NCBI GenBank assembly: GCA_020536535.1
Contig: JAHLWZ010000721.1
Location: forward strand, 1 to 64,000
Direction: 5' to 3'
DNA from: Pelomyxa schiedti
Lineage: Eukaryota > Protista > Evosea
DNA length: 64,000 nt
Shown here piece after piece: positions 12,759-25,647 of this stretch; the first letter of the stretch is position 1, and the number at the start of each line of letters is the position of its first letter. The translations under genes were made by a program, and so were the position numbers. A model generated the notes under the pieces. That model was not told the origin of the DNA, made no database searches, and saw nothing but the letters and a program-made list of their open reading frames with translations.

Positions 12759-15383
12759 TCAGTGGCGACTGTGTGGTGACGGCATCGGCATTTGTGGGCT
12801 GATGGCTTGGCTACGTGCTTGCACACAGTTCTGATACATTGGGCTGTGTGGGGAAATTAATTAATTTTAGGTAATGTTAGAGGGTGGTTGTACCTTGCAT
12901 GCGTTGCACGTTGAGCCCAATGTGACTGTTGTTGCTGCTGAAGGTACTGTTGTCCACCAGAAGTATAGGCTTCCGATGATTGAACGCCATATCTTTAGTG
13001 AAGGTCAGTATGATAGAACGAAGGGAGGGAAGATGCCTGGATTTAGCAATGTCAGTTAAGAGTTGTACACATATTGGGTCCTTTGCAGTTGCTGAGTGTG
13101 ATACGGCCTCTTCTGCTGATACCAGTACCTATGCGGCTTAAGCCTTAATTGTATTTGTGTCATTTCACCTGCCGAGCGCGATCAAAGTTCTTCTCCATCG
13201 CAAACTTATTTGCATCCTGAATTGCGCGAGCCACTGTTATCCTATTTCTCTGTAGATCGACTGCCAGGTTGGTTGTTTGAGGGGGTAAGTGTGCTGGCTC
13301 ATATAACCTTAGCATAGTTGAAGGAACGTTGGAACTGAGGATTGGTACTTTACGAGCATATTAGTTGAGCAGGTTCCTTGAGATCTACTGGAAGTGATCT
13401 CATATGTTGCAGTCACACTTAAGAAGGACTTTGGACTCTCAGATTCCGGCTCCTGTGGGAGTTGTGCAATAAGAGGAATATCACGAGCCTCCTCACTAAA
13501 TAGGTCAGGAACAGTAACAGAAATGCCAGGTGGGGCTGGGATTTAAGCATGAGCTTACACGCTGATAGGACAAGAGAGGATGTACCCGGAACGGTTGGAT
13601 AATTCGTCATGACGCTCACAATTGCCGCACCATTCTCGGGGGTAATAGTAATGCGTATAGACTGAGCATACACACTAAGCAAACCACCGAGGCAGTTTCC
13701 AAACGCTTCACCAACTTTTGAAATATCAGGAATGTAGTAGAACATGCCGTGGCAAGCCTTTATGAAAGTATGGTAATAAGTTATTAATTTTAAATAGCTG
13801 GATCATTATTTAAAAAAAAACTATGAAAGTACCTCAGCAACAGAATTGAGAAGTTTAGCTTGATGTGAAAGGCATGTAAGTAACAAACAGGAATTAATAG
13901 GTAAATTACCATCGTGATCTGGCCCAAACCCAAATGTGTATATACTACAATTACTTCCAACGGATTTGAAAATTTGTTTTGTTGCCTGCAGGAGGTTGCT
14001 GTTTGAGTCCTGGCCTGTGAGTAGTTAGAAGGTGCCCCGCATTTGATGTGATGAATCACCGTCTGTGAGTAACATTACAGACGAAACAGGGTTCTTTGTC
14101 CTGCGAGCCTGAAATATGTTCAGCGCTGTTTGTATCCCACTTAAAATATCTGAAAGAACGTCATTGCCATGGCATCGTGGTTAATAGGTACTTGTTCCGC
14201 CTGAAGTGTAAATATTATCTATAACTTTGTTGAAAGCCGGTTTATTTGTTGAGTTCCTGGTGAACTGGTTAAAAGAGGGAAAATAAGGGAAGAATTGACT
14301 ACATAGGTTGTAGTCGAGTGAGTCTCGATGAAGTACTCTGAAAAGTAACAAGGGACAGCCTATCATACGCTTGAAGTTGACCAACTATAAACTTCAGTGT
14401 GTCTTTTACAATAGCAATCTTGCTGCCGCCCATGGAACCAGAAACATCAATCTGAAAAAGGTAAAAAAAAAAGGGATTTGCCACAAGTTCATCTACTTAC
14501 AACTGCAATAATGTCTGCTGCTGCTCGTGGGCCACTTACATCCTCAGACATTATTCTGGGTGCTTGCAAATGCACACAAGTGAATAAATTTGTTCCTATG
14601 TTGGATGCATCTTCAAATTCTTTGTGCACTTCCAAAGTCATTCCAGTTGCTGATATGGGGGTACTAGAGGCCGGAGGTTGTACAGCAGCAGGCTCATCAT
14701 CAGCAAAATTCCCCGTAGGCCCCGTAGGAGGGTGACTAGAGGGGGGCGGGGGGTAGCCGGTATGAGGTGGATAGCCAGAAAATGGTGAGTAGACAGCCGA
14801 GCCCGGATATCCATGCGGAGGTGGGAAACCTGGAGGATAAGCTGATGGGTAGCCTGGTGGATAACCCATTGGTCCATATGGAGACGTCACAGTGGGAGGA
14901 GGCATTGGTCTATTGATATAAGAAGATAGGTTGGCAGACGGAGGAGGTGGAGGACGAGACCCCGTGAGCACTGGGTGGGCTGGGGTAGGTGGTGGTTGTG
15001 GTAGTTGTTGAATAAAAGAATTTGTGTTTGCGAAGTTAGCTGGAGTTGCCGCTGGTGGTGCTTGGGCTTGTGGCGGTAGGTGCCTGTGGAAACAAGTTAA
15101 ACGGAAAAGAGTAGTACACTTGGTACACAAACCTGCACAGAGGGCATGTTATTGTCCCTGTCGCAACAGATTGTTTCAAACATGTGAACTACGCGCAATT
15201 AAAACAAAAAAAAGAGCAAAGGAAAAAGGGAAATAACATGGAAAGTGTGTCCGCAATCAGTCGTGAATATAGCCTTGCCCTTGACCATGGGTGCCTACGA
15301 AAACAGTCAATACAACTAAGAACGATAACCACGATTTAAGTGCGTACAAGGCATATGGGGCAGTCCTCCGGTGTGCTTGTCAT
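12759..15383 (-). CDS. RING-H2 + Pro-rich + vWA (+Vwaint-like) protein, putative E3 ligase of the WAV3/EDA40 architecture
   Basis: Spliced N-terminus MTSTPEDCPICL|APMVKGKAIFTTDCGHTFH|FTCLKQSVATGTITCPLCR; MIDAS DVSGSM; SGGT; VMLLTDG; MFYYI...VGEAFGNCLGGLLSV. Confidence 0.85.
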
Positions 15384-15712
15384 CTTGTCTTGTTTTATTA
15401 TGTAAAATGATGAGAGATGGTCGGTTTTATTTCAATCTTTATTTTTTCGTACAGTCTCTTTCAGGCGCCTATTTAACAGCAGGGGTCAGATAGAAAATGA
15501 GACCTAGCAGGGCAACTTGGCATGTTGCGAATTTCTAAAGGCTCAACTTGTCCACTTGAATGTTACAACAAACATTAACATGTAGGAAAAATTGTTTTTT
15601 ATGTCTTTTTATACATTGGTAGTTGTGATATGTTACAAAACAAACAACCCACCGCGGGTGTGGTTACAGCCAAAAAGCAGTGGGTTTTCCTCAGGAAGGG
15701 GCAGCAAAAGCT

Positions 15713-17682
15713 TCAGTACCTCACAAATTGTGAAGATACGAACGGCGTTGTGTCAAGAATACAGGGGGAATCTGTGAAGAGAGAATGAGATACAACAGGA
15801 TGAAGACGAGAAAGGTACTCACAGGGGTGGGGACAGTTTCCATCAGGCATCTCAGTAAGGAAGTAGTCTGGTGATACACAGGGTCTTGGATTGGTTTCCT
15901 GCAAGAGGCGGTAAGGAAAGGAGTATTTAAGAGTTTGTGTTACATAAAAAGCGGCCCAATCGTTGAGGAACGGTTGCGTAATGGTATCGCCACAGGGGAA
16001 TCCTCGTGACGGCACGGTTTGTGGCTGAGAATTGAGCACAGGGTAGGGAAATTGTTGTGAGTTCAACAGGGAAGCTAAGTGGTTGGAGATATCTCCAAGT
16101 TGATACTGTACATGCAGGTTCCTCGAATTATTTGAAGGGAGGCCCGGGGTCACAGGCTGGTTTCTGCTTAGAGGGAAAGCAGAAAGGGAGTCATTGGAAT
16201 AAGTCTCTACTGATTCCAACCCAGATGGTTGGTTTGAGGATGAAAAGTGCTTTGGGTAGTGTGGTTGTTGGTAGGGAGGCTGATACTGATTATCCTCAGC
16301 TGGTGCTTCTTCAGAAATTGCTTGTTCTTGTGGGAGCTGTGAAAGCTGATATTCAGTTTCGTCACTCTCGTTCTCTTCGTCATTGTTTGGAGGATTATTA
16401 GAAGTCTCAATTGGGAACTCTTTCTCGACTCCATTTTCTTCAGGTTCATGATGGTGGTGATGCCGCCGGTGGTGCTTGTGAGTTCGGGACTGATCAGGGC
16501 AGCACTGAGGTTCGGGTACGGGTTGAGACTGAACAGGTTGATTATCTACAAGGGGAGGGGCCTGTTCTGGGGGAGCCAAAAAAGGGAACGGAACGGCGGG
16601 ATCGGACTCTGTTGCTGGAAAAGAATCAGGTTGTGCGGGATCGGGATCCACACCGCAAGTCGGGGGTAGAGGCTCCGGCTTGACGAATAGTTAAGGTGAG
16701 GGCTAACAGAAAGGGAGGAAAATACCTGTGTGGGTGTGATATATGTCTTCTTGCGTGGCTTTTTTGTGATGGAACCCTTCTTCATAGTGTGTCCGGAGCG
16801 CTTGGATATTGGAGAAGAATTGCCAGAGTAACTTGTCTGGTTTGAGGTATTTGTAGGGGAGTTTCCAGCAGAAGAATTGCTGCTGTTGTTCAGAGGAGAA
16901 GCTGGTGATAATAGAGGATTAAGGCTGGAAGAAGGCGTCATCACAGAAGCCGGAAAAGAGGGAGAAGAAGTTGAGTGAAGTAATGGTGACTCAAGGGCAC
17001 CAACCCTACGCTAATAGAAAAATGAGTAATGCCCAGTAAGAATGAAAGGGTACCTTAAGAGTAGAGTTCCAGCGATTTTTGATTGCGTTTGCCGGACGTC
17101 CCTGGAGCATTTTGGCAATCTCTACCCATTTATTACCCAAGCTACTATGTGCTTGAATAATTAGTTCATCCTCTTTTGCTGTCCACGCATCCTTACGCAC
17201 CTCAGGAGCCAGGTGGTTATAATACCTAAGATTGTAGGCTTAGCACGCAGAATGCATAACTCAGAATACCTTTCGCGGCACTGTTTCCCAATTCTACCCT
17301 CAATCTTTGAGGCAATGTCGGACCAATCCTTAGAGCCAGATCCACTGACTAGCATTAACAACATAGTGTCCTCCTATTTTTTGAGAATTAAAAACCTCAT
17401 TCGAGATTTAAGGGACAACCTCGGGTGTCCAAGACCCCTTTTTTTGTGGTCGGTGTCTGTGATCATAAATACAAAGAAACAATTTCTTTTAAAAAAAGAC
17501 GAGAAAAAGCACACCCCGTGTCGGAATCGGGACTAGAGGGCTATTTCAAATGAGTACGATAAAATGTATAATATTATTGTTCGCAAAAAAACTGCACGTA
17601 CATTATAATCGCGATGGCGAGTGGCGTGTTTGGCACTGTGGTGAGTTGTGCCGGTCGGTACTTCGACAGGCGAAGCCATCAT
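15713..17682 (-). CDS. R2R3-type Myb transcription factor
   Basis: KKGSWTPE|EDTMLLMLV...[20 protein letters not shown]|[57 protein letters not shown], followed by a low-complexity C-terminus. Start codon inferred. Confidence 0.9.
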
Positions 17683-17933
17683 CGCCCACAAGATCTGTTT
17701 TATTTTATTGTGTTTGTGCTTTGAAGAAGAGGAAATTTCGAGTCAGGAAAATTGGTCTTCACTGAAAAGACGTCTTCGGCAACCGTTATTTTTAGTCTCC
17801 TTACTACAAAGGCAACTCGATGGTGATTGCTCCAATTGCTCCGAACTTTTTCGGCCGATCGATCTCCTGGAGAACAGCATTGAGTTTCTTGAGCGTCCAG
17901 TGAACAAGCTACAACAAACAAAATAATCAACGC

Positions 17934-19290
17934 ATGTCGGGCACTACCAACCACCAAATTACGATCGTGTCCTGTGCCGTGGGACGCGGTCTCGATCCAG
18001 ATGCGCTGGGCACCTCTCTGGGCCCAGGGTTCTCAGTCTCCGCCGTTCCGCTCTCCCTCCTCTACTCCGCCATTGTGGGACCCACCGCCGCCACCGCCAC
18101 CTCGGCGTCGGCCAACGCAGACCAGCACGTGCTCCTACGTGCAGTCTCGATGTCGTCGTCTGTCGTCGTCGTCGACTTGGGGCCGCCTCTCCACCAGAAC
18201 CCCCCAGTCTCGTCCTTTGTCCACGGCTTCCTGCTTTCTCGACGGCGGCCCTCGACCGTCGTCCACTTCCACCCACAGACCCACGACGGCCCAGACGACT
18301 ACGACTGCGGCGGCGACCCGTCGGGCGCCAAGTTGGGTGCCGATCGGCGCAGTTGCTGCTCGCTGCCGAGCTGCACGTCGGGGATCGAGGCCTGCGCCGC
18401 CGCTTGCAGAGCGGCGGTTTCCGAGAACGAAGCCGATCTGGACGTGAAGCAGGGGAGCTACAGGAGCCTGATGATCAGGCCGAGGGGCTGTGACCCGTCG
18501 TTCTTGGATAGAACCCTGAGGAATTCTATCTGTGAGCACACATCTGGTGCTATTTATGTTTGGGTTCCTGTTGTTTCTCAGTCGTGCTCACATTACTTGG
18601 AAGTTGCTGTGAGGTGGTTTTCTTTTTTTCTCTGTTCCTTTAGTACCTTTTTTTTTTTTCCCTATCTCACTTGTTGCTTGCTGTAGGTATGGGTTAAAAC
18701 CGTGGCTGGCTACGCCAAAGTATCTTATATATTATAAATGGAACAAGATAGGAAAGGATATGGTACCAAGTGCAGCTACTTCCATTGCAGGTGCTCAAGC
18801 AGTGCTTCTGAGCCCAGACAAATCCAAGGTGCTCATGACCAAGGAGATACGGGTAAATGACCCAGTGTATCCCTATTATGACAAAAGCAGGCCTCCCACT
18901 GAGCACACCTGGCGTTTCCCAGGTGGTGCCGTCGACTTTGGCGAGTCTGATGCAGAATCAGTGATACGTGAACTACAAGAAGAACTCGGAATCGCGGTGC
19001 CATTGGAGGGTTTGCACCTCGTCAATACATACAACATGAAGAAGGCCCGGGCCTGGGGAGTTTTTGATCCTGGTGATGAGCCACTTTATGTCAATGACCA
19101 CCTGCAGGTATTTGTAGCCTTCCTGGATCCATCTGTACCACTGCAGCCTGAAGAGGCAGAGATTATTAATGCACAGTGGTTTCCGATATCTGAGGTACTC
19201 TCTGGTACACTACCAGGGGCTTCAGCCAGGACTACTTATCGCCTAAAAGAAGCACTTGACCACATAGAGAGAAACAACATTCACCCATGA
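17934..19290 (+). CDS. Nudix hydrolase (NUDT6-like organisation), two exons
   Basis: Nudix box WRFPGGAVDFGESDAESVIRELQEELGI; 'PSAATSIAGAQAVLL' and 'EIINAQW' as in NUDT6-type enzymes. Confidence 0.88.
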
Positions 19291-19581
19291 GCAGTGCTTG
19301 GGACCAAAATCTTAGAGTTCCTGAGTCACATTGATTTCCATGGCGTTCCTCAGCCATACTGCAAATCCTGGCACCCGATCCATTTACGTTCTCTTTCCAA
19401 ATTTTCGAAAAGTGCCCAACTTTTTGCTCATAATACACCATTCTGTTGCCATCGAGGGTCTTCGAAGGAATTATTTTGTTATTATTCTCTCAAGATCAGT
19501 GAGTACGGTGTTGCAGGTGAATCGCCAGGCCAGTCGCCTTGAAAGGCTGAGCCCAAATCTGGGTTCTTTGAACCATCACTC

Positions 19582-19697
19582 TGACTTGATCAACAACTGG
19601 CTGAATAAAATAATCAACAGACCGGAACGCTGTACTTTTCGTTATCGTCGCTCAGGATCGGCGGTCTGGTGTTTTTTTTATTCAGCCAACTGTTGGC
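19582..19697. repeat. Dispersed short repeat/hairpin, copy B, upstream of LRR-caspase gene 1
   Basis: Homologous to 461-644. Internal inverted repeat tggctgaataaaa...cagaccg / cggtctg...ttttattcagcca. Confidence 0.8.
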
Positions 19698-19830
19698 CGC
19701 TTCTTGTGTTTTTAGGGTTTCCTTTTCACACAATAGTCCCTGTCTCTTGTTGCAGGGACAAGCTCTTGCCAATAATTAACAAAAGAAACAGACCAGAACC
19801 TCTCTCCTTGTGCGGTACGGGCAAACTCAC

Positions 19831-22800
19831 ATGGTACAGTTAGAGGATTTTTTTACTTCCCAAACAACTCGAAGGGCGCCGAAACGAGCAGTCTCTTGCA
19901 AAGTGACCAAGTTTTCACCAGAAGTTACGACTTTCAGCTTGAGAGGGTGTGTGCCGAGCTTGTNNNNNNNNNNNNNNNNNNNNNNNNNNNNNNNNNNNNN
20001 NNNNNNNNNNNNNNNNNNNNNNNNNNNNNNNNNNNNNNNNNNNNNNNNNNNNNNNNNNNNNNNGAGGATTTTTTTACTTCCCAAACAACTCGAAGGGCGC
20101 CGAAACGAGCAGTCTCTTGCAAAGTGACCAAGTTTTCACCAGAAGTTACGACTTTCAGCTTGAGAGGGTGTGTGCCGAGCTTGTGAATCCGCGGTGTACT
20201 TGTAGGAATTTGCGCATTGAATGTAAAATTGGGAGTGAGGGAGCAACAAGCATAGCGAGGGCACTCGAATTTAACAAGTCACTCGTATCCCTGAGTCTCA
20301 GAGGTATTTGCCTTCGTCCCATTGTGCGCTCTCTCTCTCTCTTTCCAAATGATGGGGGTTGACTCTCCAAAACACACACCCAGACAACAAAATTGGGAAC
20401 GAGGGAGCAACAAACATTGCAAGAGCACTTGAATTGAACAACTCACTCGTGTCTCTGGATATATCATGTGTGTTCCCATTGTGCTCTCTCAGTTCTCGAA
20501 TAATGATGGGGGTTGACTCTGCAAAAACAAAATCACACAGCCAACGCAATTGGGAGTGAGGGTGCAACAGTAATTGCGAGAGCACTCAAATTGAACAAGT
20601 CACTTGTGTCTCTGGATATATCAAGTGACTGTTCCCCTAGTTCAATTTTGCTCTCTCTCAATTCTCAAATGATGGGGTTGACTCTCTACAAAACAAAATC
20701 ACTCAGAAAACGAAATTGGGAGCGAAGGAGCAACAAGCATAACAAGAGCACTCGAGTCGAACAAGTTACTCGTGTATCTGAAGCTCTGTGGTGTGTGCCT
20801 TTATTTCATCTCTCAATCGAGTGATGGGGTTGACTCTCCAAAATACACAAAATCACACATCCAGACAACAAAATTGGGAGTGAGGGAGCAACAATCATTG
20901 GGAGAGCACTCGAATCGAACAAGTCACTCGTGTATCTGGATATATCATGTGTGTTCTCATTGTGCTGGTGGACTCTCTCCAAAACACAATCATACAGGCA
21001 ACAACATTGGGAGTGAGGGAGCAACAAGCATCGCGAGAGCACTCGAATTGAACAAGTCACTTGTGTCTCTGGATATATCAGGTGTGTCCACTCTTTCTCT
21101 CAATTCTCAAATGATGGGGTCGACTATCCAAAACAAAATCACAGACAACAAGATTGGGAGTGAGGGAGCAACAAGCATCGCGAGAGCTCTCGAATCGAAC
21201 AAGTCACTCGTATCTCTGGATCTCTGGGGTATGTCTCATTGTTCCATTGTTCTCTGTCTCTCAATTCCCAAGTGATGGGGCTGACTCTCTCCCAAAATAA
21301 AATCACCCAGCCAACGAAATTGGGTACCATGGAGCAACAAGTATCGCGAGAGCACTCAAAACGAACAAGTCACTCGTGTCTCTGGATATAGCATGTGTGT
21401 CCCCATTGTGCTCTCTCTCAATTCTCAAATGATGGGGTTGACAATTCAAAACAAAACCAATCAGTAAATGAAATTTGGGACATTTGGGGTGAAGCGGCCG
21501 CGAGAGCACTCGAGTTGAACAAGTCACTCATGTACCTGAGCCTCTTTGGTGTGTGCCTTTGTTTCATTGCTCTCTCTCCATTATTGAATGATGGAGTTGA
21601 CTCTCCAATACACAAAATCACTCAGGGAACAAAATTGGGAGTAGGGGTGCAACTACCATCGCTGGAGCACTCGAATTGAACAAGTCACTTGTGTCTCTGA
21701 ATCTATCACGTGTGTTCCCATTATGCTCTCTCTCACAATTCTTGAATGATGGGTTGATTCTCCAAAACAAAATCACCCAGTCAATCACATTGGGGATCCA
21801 GGAGCAACAAGTATCGCGAGAGCTCTCGAATCGAACAAGTCTCTCTTGTATCTGTTCCTAGGACGTGTGTTGACATCATCCCATTGACTGTCAATTCTAA
21901 AATGACTCTCTCCAAAACAAAATCGCCAGAAAACGAAATTGGGAACGAGGGAGCAACAAGCATTGCGAGAGCACTCGAATCGAACAAGACACTCGTGTCT
22001 CTGGATATACATAGTGTGTTCCCATTGTGCTCTCTCTGTCAATTCTCGAATGATGATTGACCCTCAAAAAAAAATCACCCAGTAAACTCAATTGGGAGTG
22101 AGGGAGCAACAAGCATCGCGAGAGCACTCGTGTTCAGCAAGTCGCTGGTATATCTGGATATATCATGTGTGTTCCCGTTGTGCTCTCCAGCAAGTCTCAA
22201 ATGATGGGGTTGACTCTCTCCAAAACAAAATCATACAGGCAACAACATTGGGAGTGAGGGAGCAACAAGCAAGTCTCAAATGATGGGGTTGACTCTCTCC
22301 AAAACAAAATCACACAGTCGACAAAATTGGGAATGAGGAAGCAACAAACATTGCAAGAGCACTCGAATCGAACAGGTCACTGGTATCCCTGGTTCTATCA
22401 AGTATGTTCCCATTGTTCTCCCTCTCAATTCCCAAATGATGGATTGACGCTCTACAAAACAAAATCGCCAGAAAACGAAATTGGGAACGAAGGAGCAACA
22501 ACCATCGCGAGAGCACTCAAATCAAACAACTCACTCGTGTCTCTGAATATATCACGTGTTTCCATCATTCCATTGCACACTCTCTCAAATGATGGGGGTT
22601 GACTCTCTCCAAAACAAAATCACCCAGATAACAAGATTCGTGGTGAGGGAGCAACAAGCATTGCGAGAGCACTTAAATCGAACAAGTCACTCGTGTCTCT
22701 TGAGATATCACGTGTGTGCCCCATTGCGCTCTCTCTCTATTCTCATATGATGGGGTTGACTCTCTCCAAAAACAAAATCACTCAGGCAATAAAATTGGGA

Positions 22801-25545
22801 GTGAGGGAGAAACAAGAATCGCAAAAGCACTCTAATCGAAATCGAAATCGAACAAGTCAGTGTCTCCGAATCTAGGAGGTATGTCTCTTTGTTCCATTGT
22901 TCTCTCCCAGTTCCCACACCACGGTGACTCTTCACCCACAGAGATACAACTCTTTTGGTTTACATGGGTTATCCATTCCACTTTGGGTGTTTCTCTTCTG
23001 GTCTTTCTTCGACCTCATAATTCGGAATTTTCGTGCTCTACTGTTGGTGGCACCAAATACCCTCTGAACTCGGACCTTTGGCTTGTCTCAGGAGGCCCAG
23101 AAAACACACTCTCTGATGCCCTTTTTGAAATTCCCATTGAGATTTTTGATTCACAGAATCGCCCTCCCAGTTATGGATATCCTTATTCCTCTATTTGCTG
23201 AATCTCCCCCTCCATCCCTCTCGAAACAGGGACACACCCGAATGCAATGGCAGTTGCCACAGGCAAAGAATACTTTGACTGTAACTTCACAAAATCACCC
23301 ACAAGTTCTGCCCAGACTCGCTCGACAATGCCAGAAACTCCAGTCGAAGAAATTCCTCAACACAACCAACAACCGTTTCCAGACTCCTCAATGACTTCGG
23401 CACCTGTAGAAAACACACAAACAGCCCCCACGTCTTTGCATTCTCCAAATTTGTCACTCCCGTTTGCCCAACGGTCATCAGCGGCATCTAAACTGGGCAC
23501 TCCTTCACAATCACCTGAAACACTCACCACCGAAATTCCACCGTCACTCCCAGGCAAACCGCCAACAATAGCACCAAAACCTGAAACCATTCTAATTCCT
23601 CAACACAACCAACAACCGTTACCAAACTCCTCAATGACTTCGGCACCTGTAACGAACACACAAACAGCCAGCACATCTTTGAATTCTCCAAAGTTATCAT
23701 TCACGTTTGACCCACCGTCATCAGCAAGAGCATGTAACCTGAACACTCCTGCACAAACACTAGAAAGTCCGGCAACAGCAGAAGAAATTCCTCAACACGA
23801 CCGACAACCGTTGCCAAACTCCTCAATGGCTTCGGCGCCTGTAACGAACACACAAGCAGCCACGGCCAGCACATCTTTGAATTCTCCAAAGTTATCACCC
23901 CCGTTTGACCCACCAACAGCATGTAAACTGGACACTCCTGCAACAGCAACACCATTTCAAATTGAAACAGCCAACGCAGAACAAACGTGTTGCTGGCTCT
24001 CATCTGTTGGTGCGGATGACGACTGCCTGAAAATCATCAGAGCGAACAAACTGAGAGGAAAAACACTTGCCAATTGCTCTGTGCAGAAATTGTGTGACCT
24101 TGGCCTCGTTTTTGGTGACGCGGAATTCATCGTCGGGGAAGTAAAAGCACTTTTATCATCAAGATGTCAAGAGCAACCATCTCAGATTCCCCTCAAGAAG
24201 TCGACAGGTTGGCAACTGTCGAGCATAGAAAATACTCACTTGGCCTCTCCCTGCTCTTTCTTCCTCTAATTTTTTTTTCAGTTGGAGCAGAACCTCTCTT
24301 CTGTGCTGAGATGAGATACAAGTGCTTTGCGTTTGTTGTTGGAAATCAATNNNNNNNNNNNNNNNNNNNNNNNNNNNNNNNNNNNNNNNNNNNNNNNNNN
24401 NNNNNNNNNNNNNNNNNNNNNNNNNNNNNNNNNNNNNNNNNNNNNNNNNNAAATACTCACTTGGCCTCTCCCTGCTCTTTCTTCCTCTAATTTTTTTTTC
24501 AGTTGGAGCAGAACCTCTCTTCTGTGCTGAGATGAGATACAAGTGCTTTGCGTTTGTTGTTGGAAATCAATGAATGTGAGGTGTCTTCCATTTCCCGAAG
24601 CTTCAAACTTTGTTTTTTTAAATTTTTTAACATCGAGGACAATGCAGTTCTTGAAGAACAAATGTCAATTTGAAGTGGTCTGCCACAAGAACATCCCAAA
24701 CATCGACGTGTTCAATGGCCACTTGCGAAAATTCCAATTGACACTGATCAAGCAACAAAGGGCAGGAAACAAGGTTTTGATTCTGTCTCCCTCTTTCCCT
24801 TGTGTTGTCGAATCTTGGGAATGACAGACATCCATCAGGTTGCAAGCATCTTTTATTTTGCCGGACACGGAAGGCAGGTGAACGGGCACAACTTCCTGCT
24901 GATGACAGAAGACGAGGCTGCTTTCGAGGAGGCCGATTTTGCCGCCATGGAACTCAAAGCACCGATGGTTGGCACTGTGATTGATGGAATGAAGAAGTAC
25001 TCTGACCTGACAATCGGCATTCTTGATGCTTGCCGCCAATCCAATGAGAAGGGTGGCTCCAAGGTGAGTTCAAGTTCTTCCTTTCACATTCAGCCACACA
25101 CTGATCTTCTTCTCACAAATTGGCCCAGTCACGTGGTGGATCTGAGCCGACACAGGAACTCCAACTGACGAAAGAAGATTTCCGAGCTGGGTGCATTTTG
25201 ATTTATCCAACAAGCCCAGGTTTTTTTCCCCTCCTTTGGGTTTCACCCTGAATCAACGTTTCACTTCTTTGTAACGCACAGGGAGGACAACACAGGATGT
25301 TTGCACTCTCCCAAACAAGCAGAACCATGGATTCTTCACTGGTTGTTTCCTCGAAGGTTGCTTCGCCTCCGTCTCTCTTACATCACTCACTCAACCACGC
25401 GCTCCCAGTTGTCGAGAATGCAGAACCCGGCACATCGTGGAACGACGTCGAGTCCGCCATCATTCAGATTGTGCAGACGGAATCTCATGACGAGCAGACA
25501 CCTTGGGTCTCAAAGAGTTCTGGACTTCGCTTTGCTCTCTTCTGA
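19831..25545 (+). CDS. LRR-SAM-caspase(C14) protein, copy 1; carries lesions (possible pseudogene, exon-skipped gene or misassembly)
   Basis: ATG|intron|GAETSS; 18 LRR units; SAM (WLSSVG...LRGKTL...LCDLGLVFGD); FYFAGHG and ILDACR. Truncated exon at 22239-22270, in-frame TAA at 22833 and a deletion/TGA near 24571. Confidence 0.8.
20223..22878 (+). repeat. Tandem exon-intron LRR array, about 155-bp units (84-nt exon + homologous intron), 18 units
   Basis: Consensus xNxIGSEGATxIARALExNKSLVSLDIS (28 aa, RI-like LRR). Introns gtgtgt..ccattgtgctctct..aaatgatggggttgactctccaaaacaaaatcac.cag. Confidence 0.95.
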
Positions 25546-25647
25546 GAACAATCAACTTACTTGTTGAAACGTTTAACGGAAACAAAAAACGAATTTGGTA
25601 CCAAAGGTGTGCGGATTCGACCGGAGGATTCGAGACCGGCGCAGAAG

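Noticed and set aside
22950-23010. Possible transmembrane helix making the LRR-caspase a TLR-like surface receptor
   Set aside because: The segment contains His/Pro/Ser/Thr, there is no signal peptide, and the N-terminus is a myristoylation motif, so cytosolic topology is more plausible. Not fully excluded.
23176-23229. Possible non-canonical GA-AG intron
   Set aside because: A GT donor (gttatg) six bases upstream gives the same phase.
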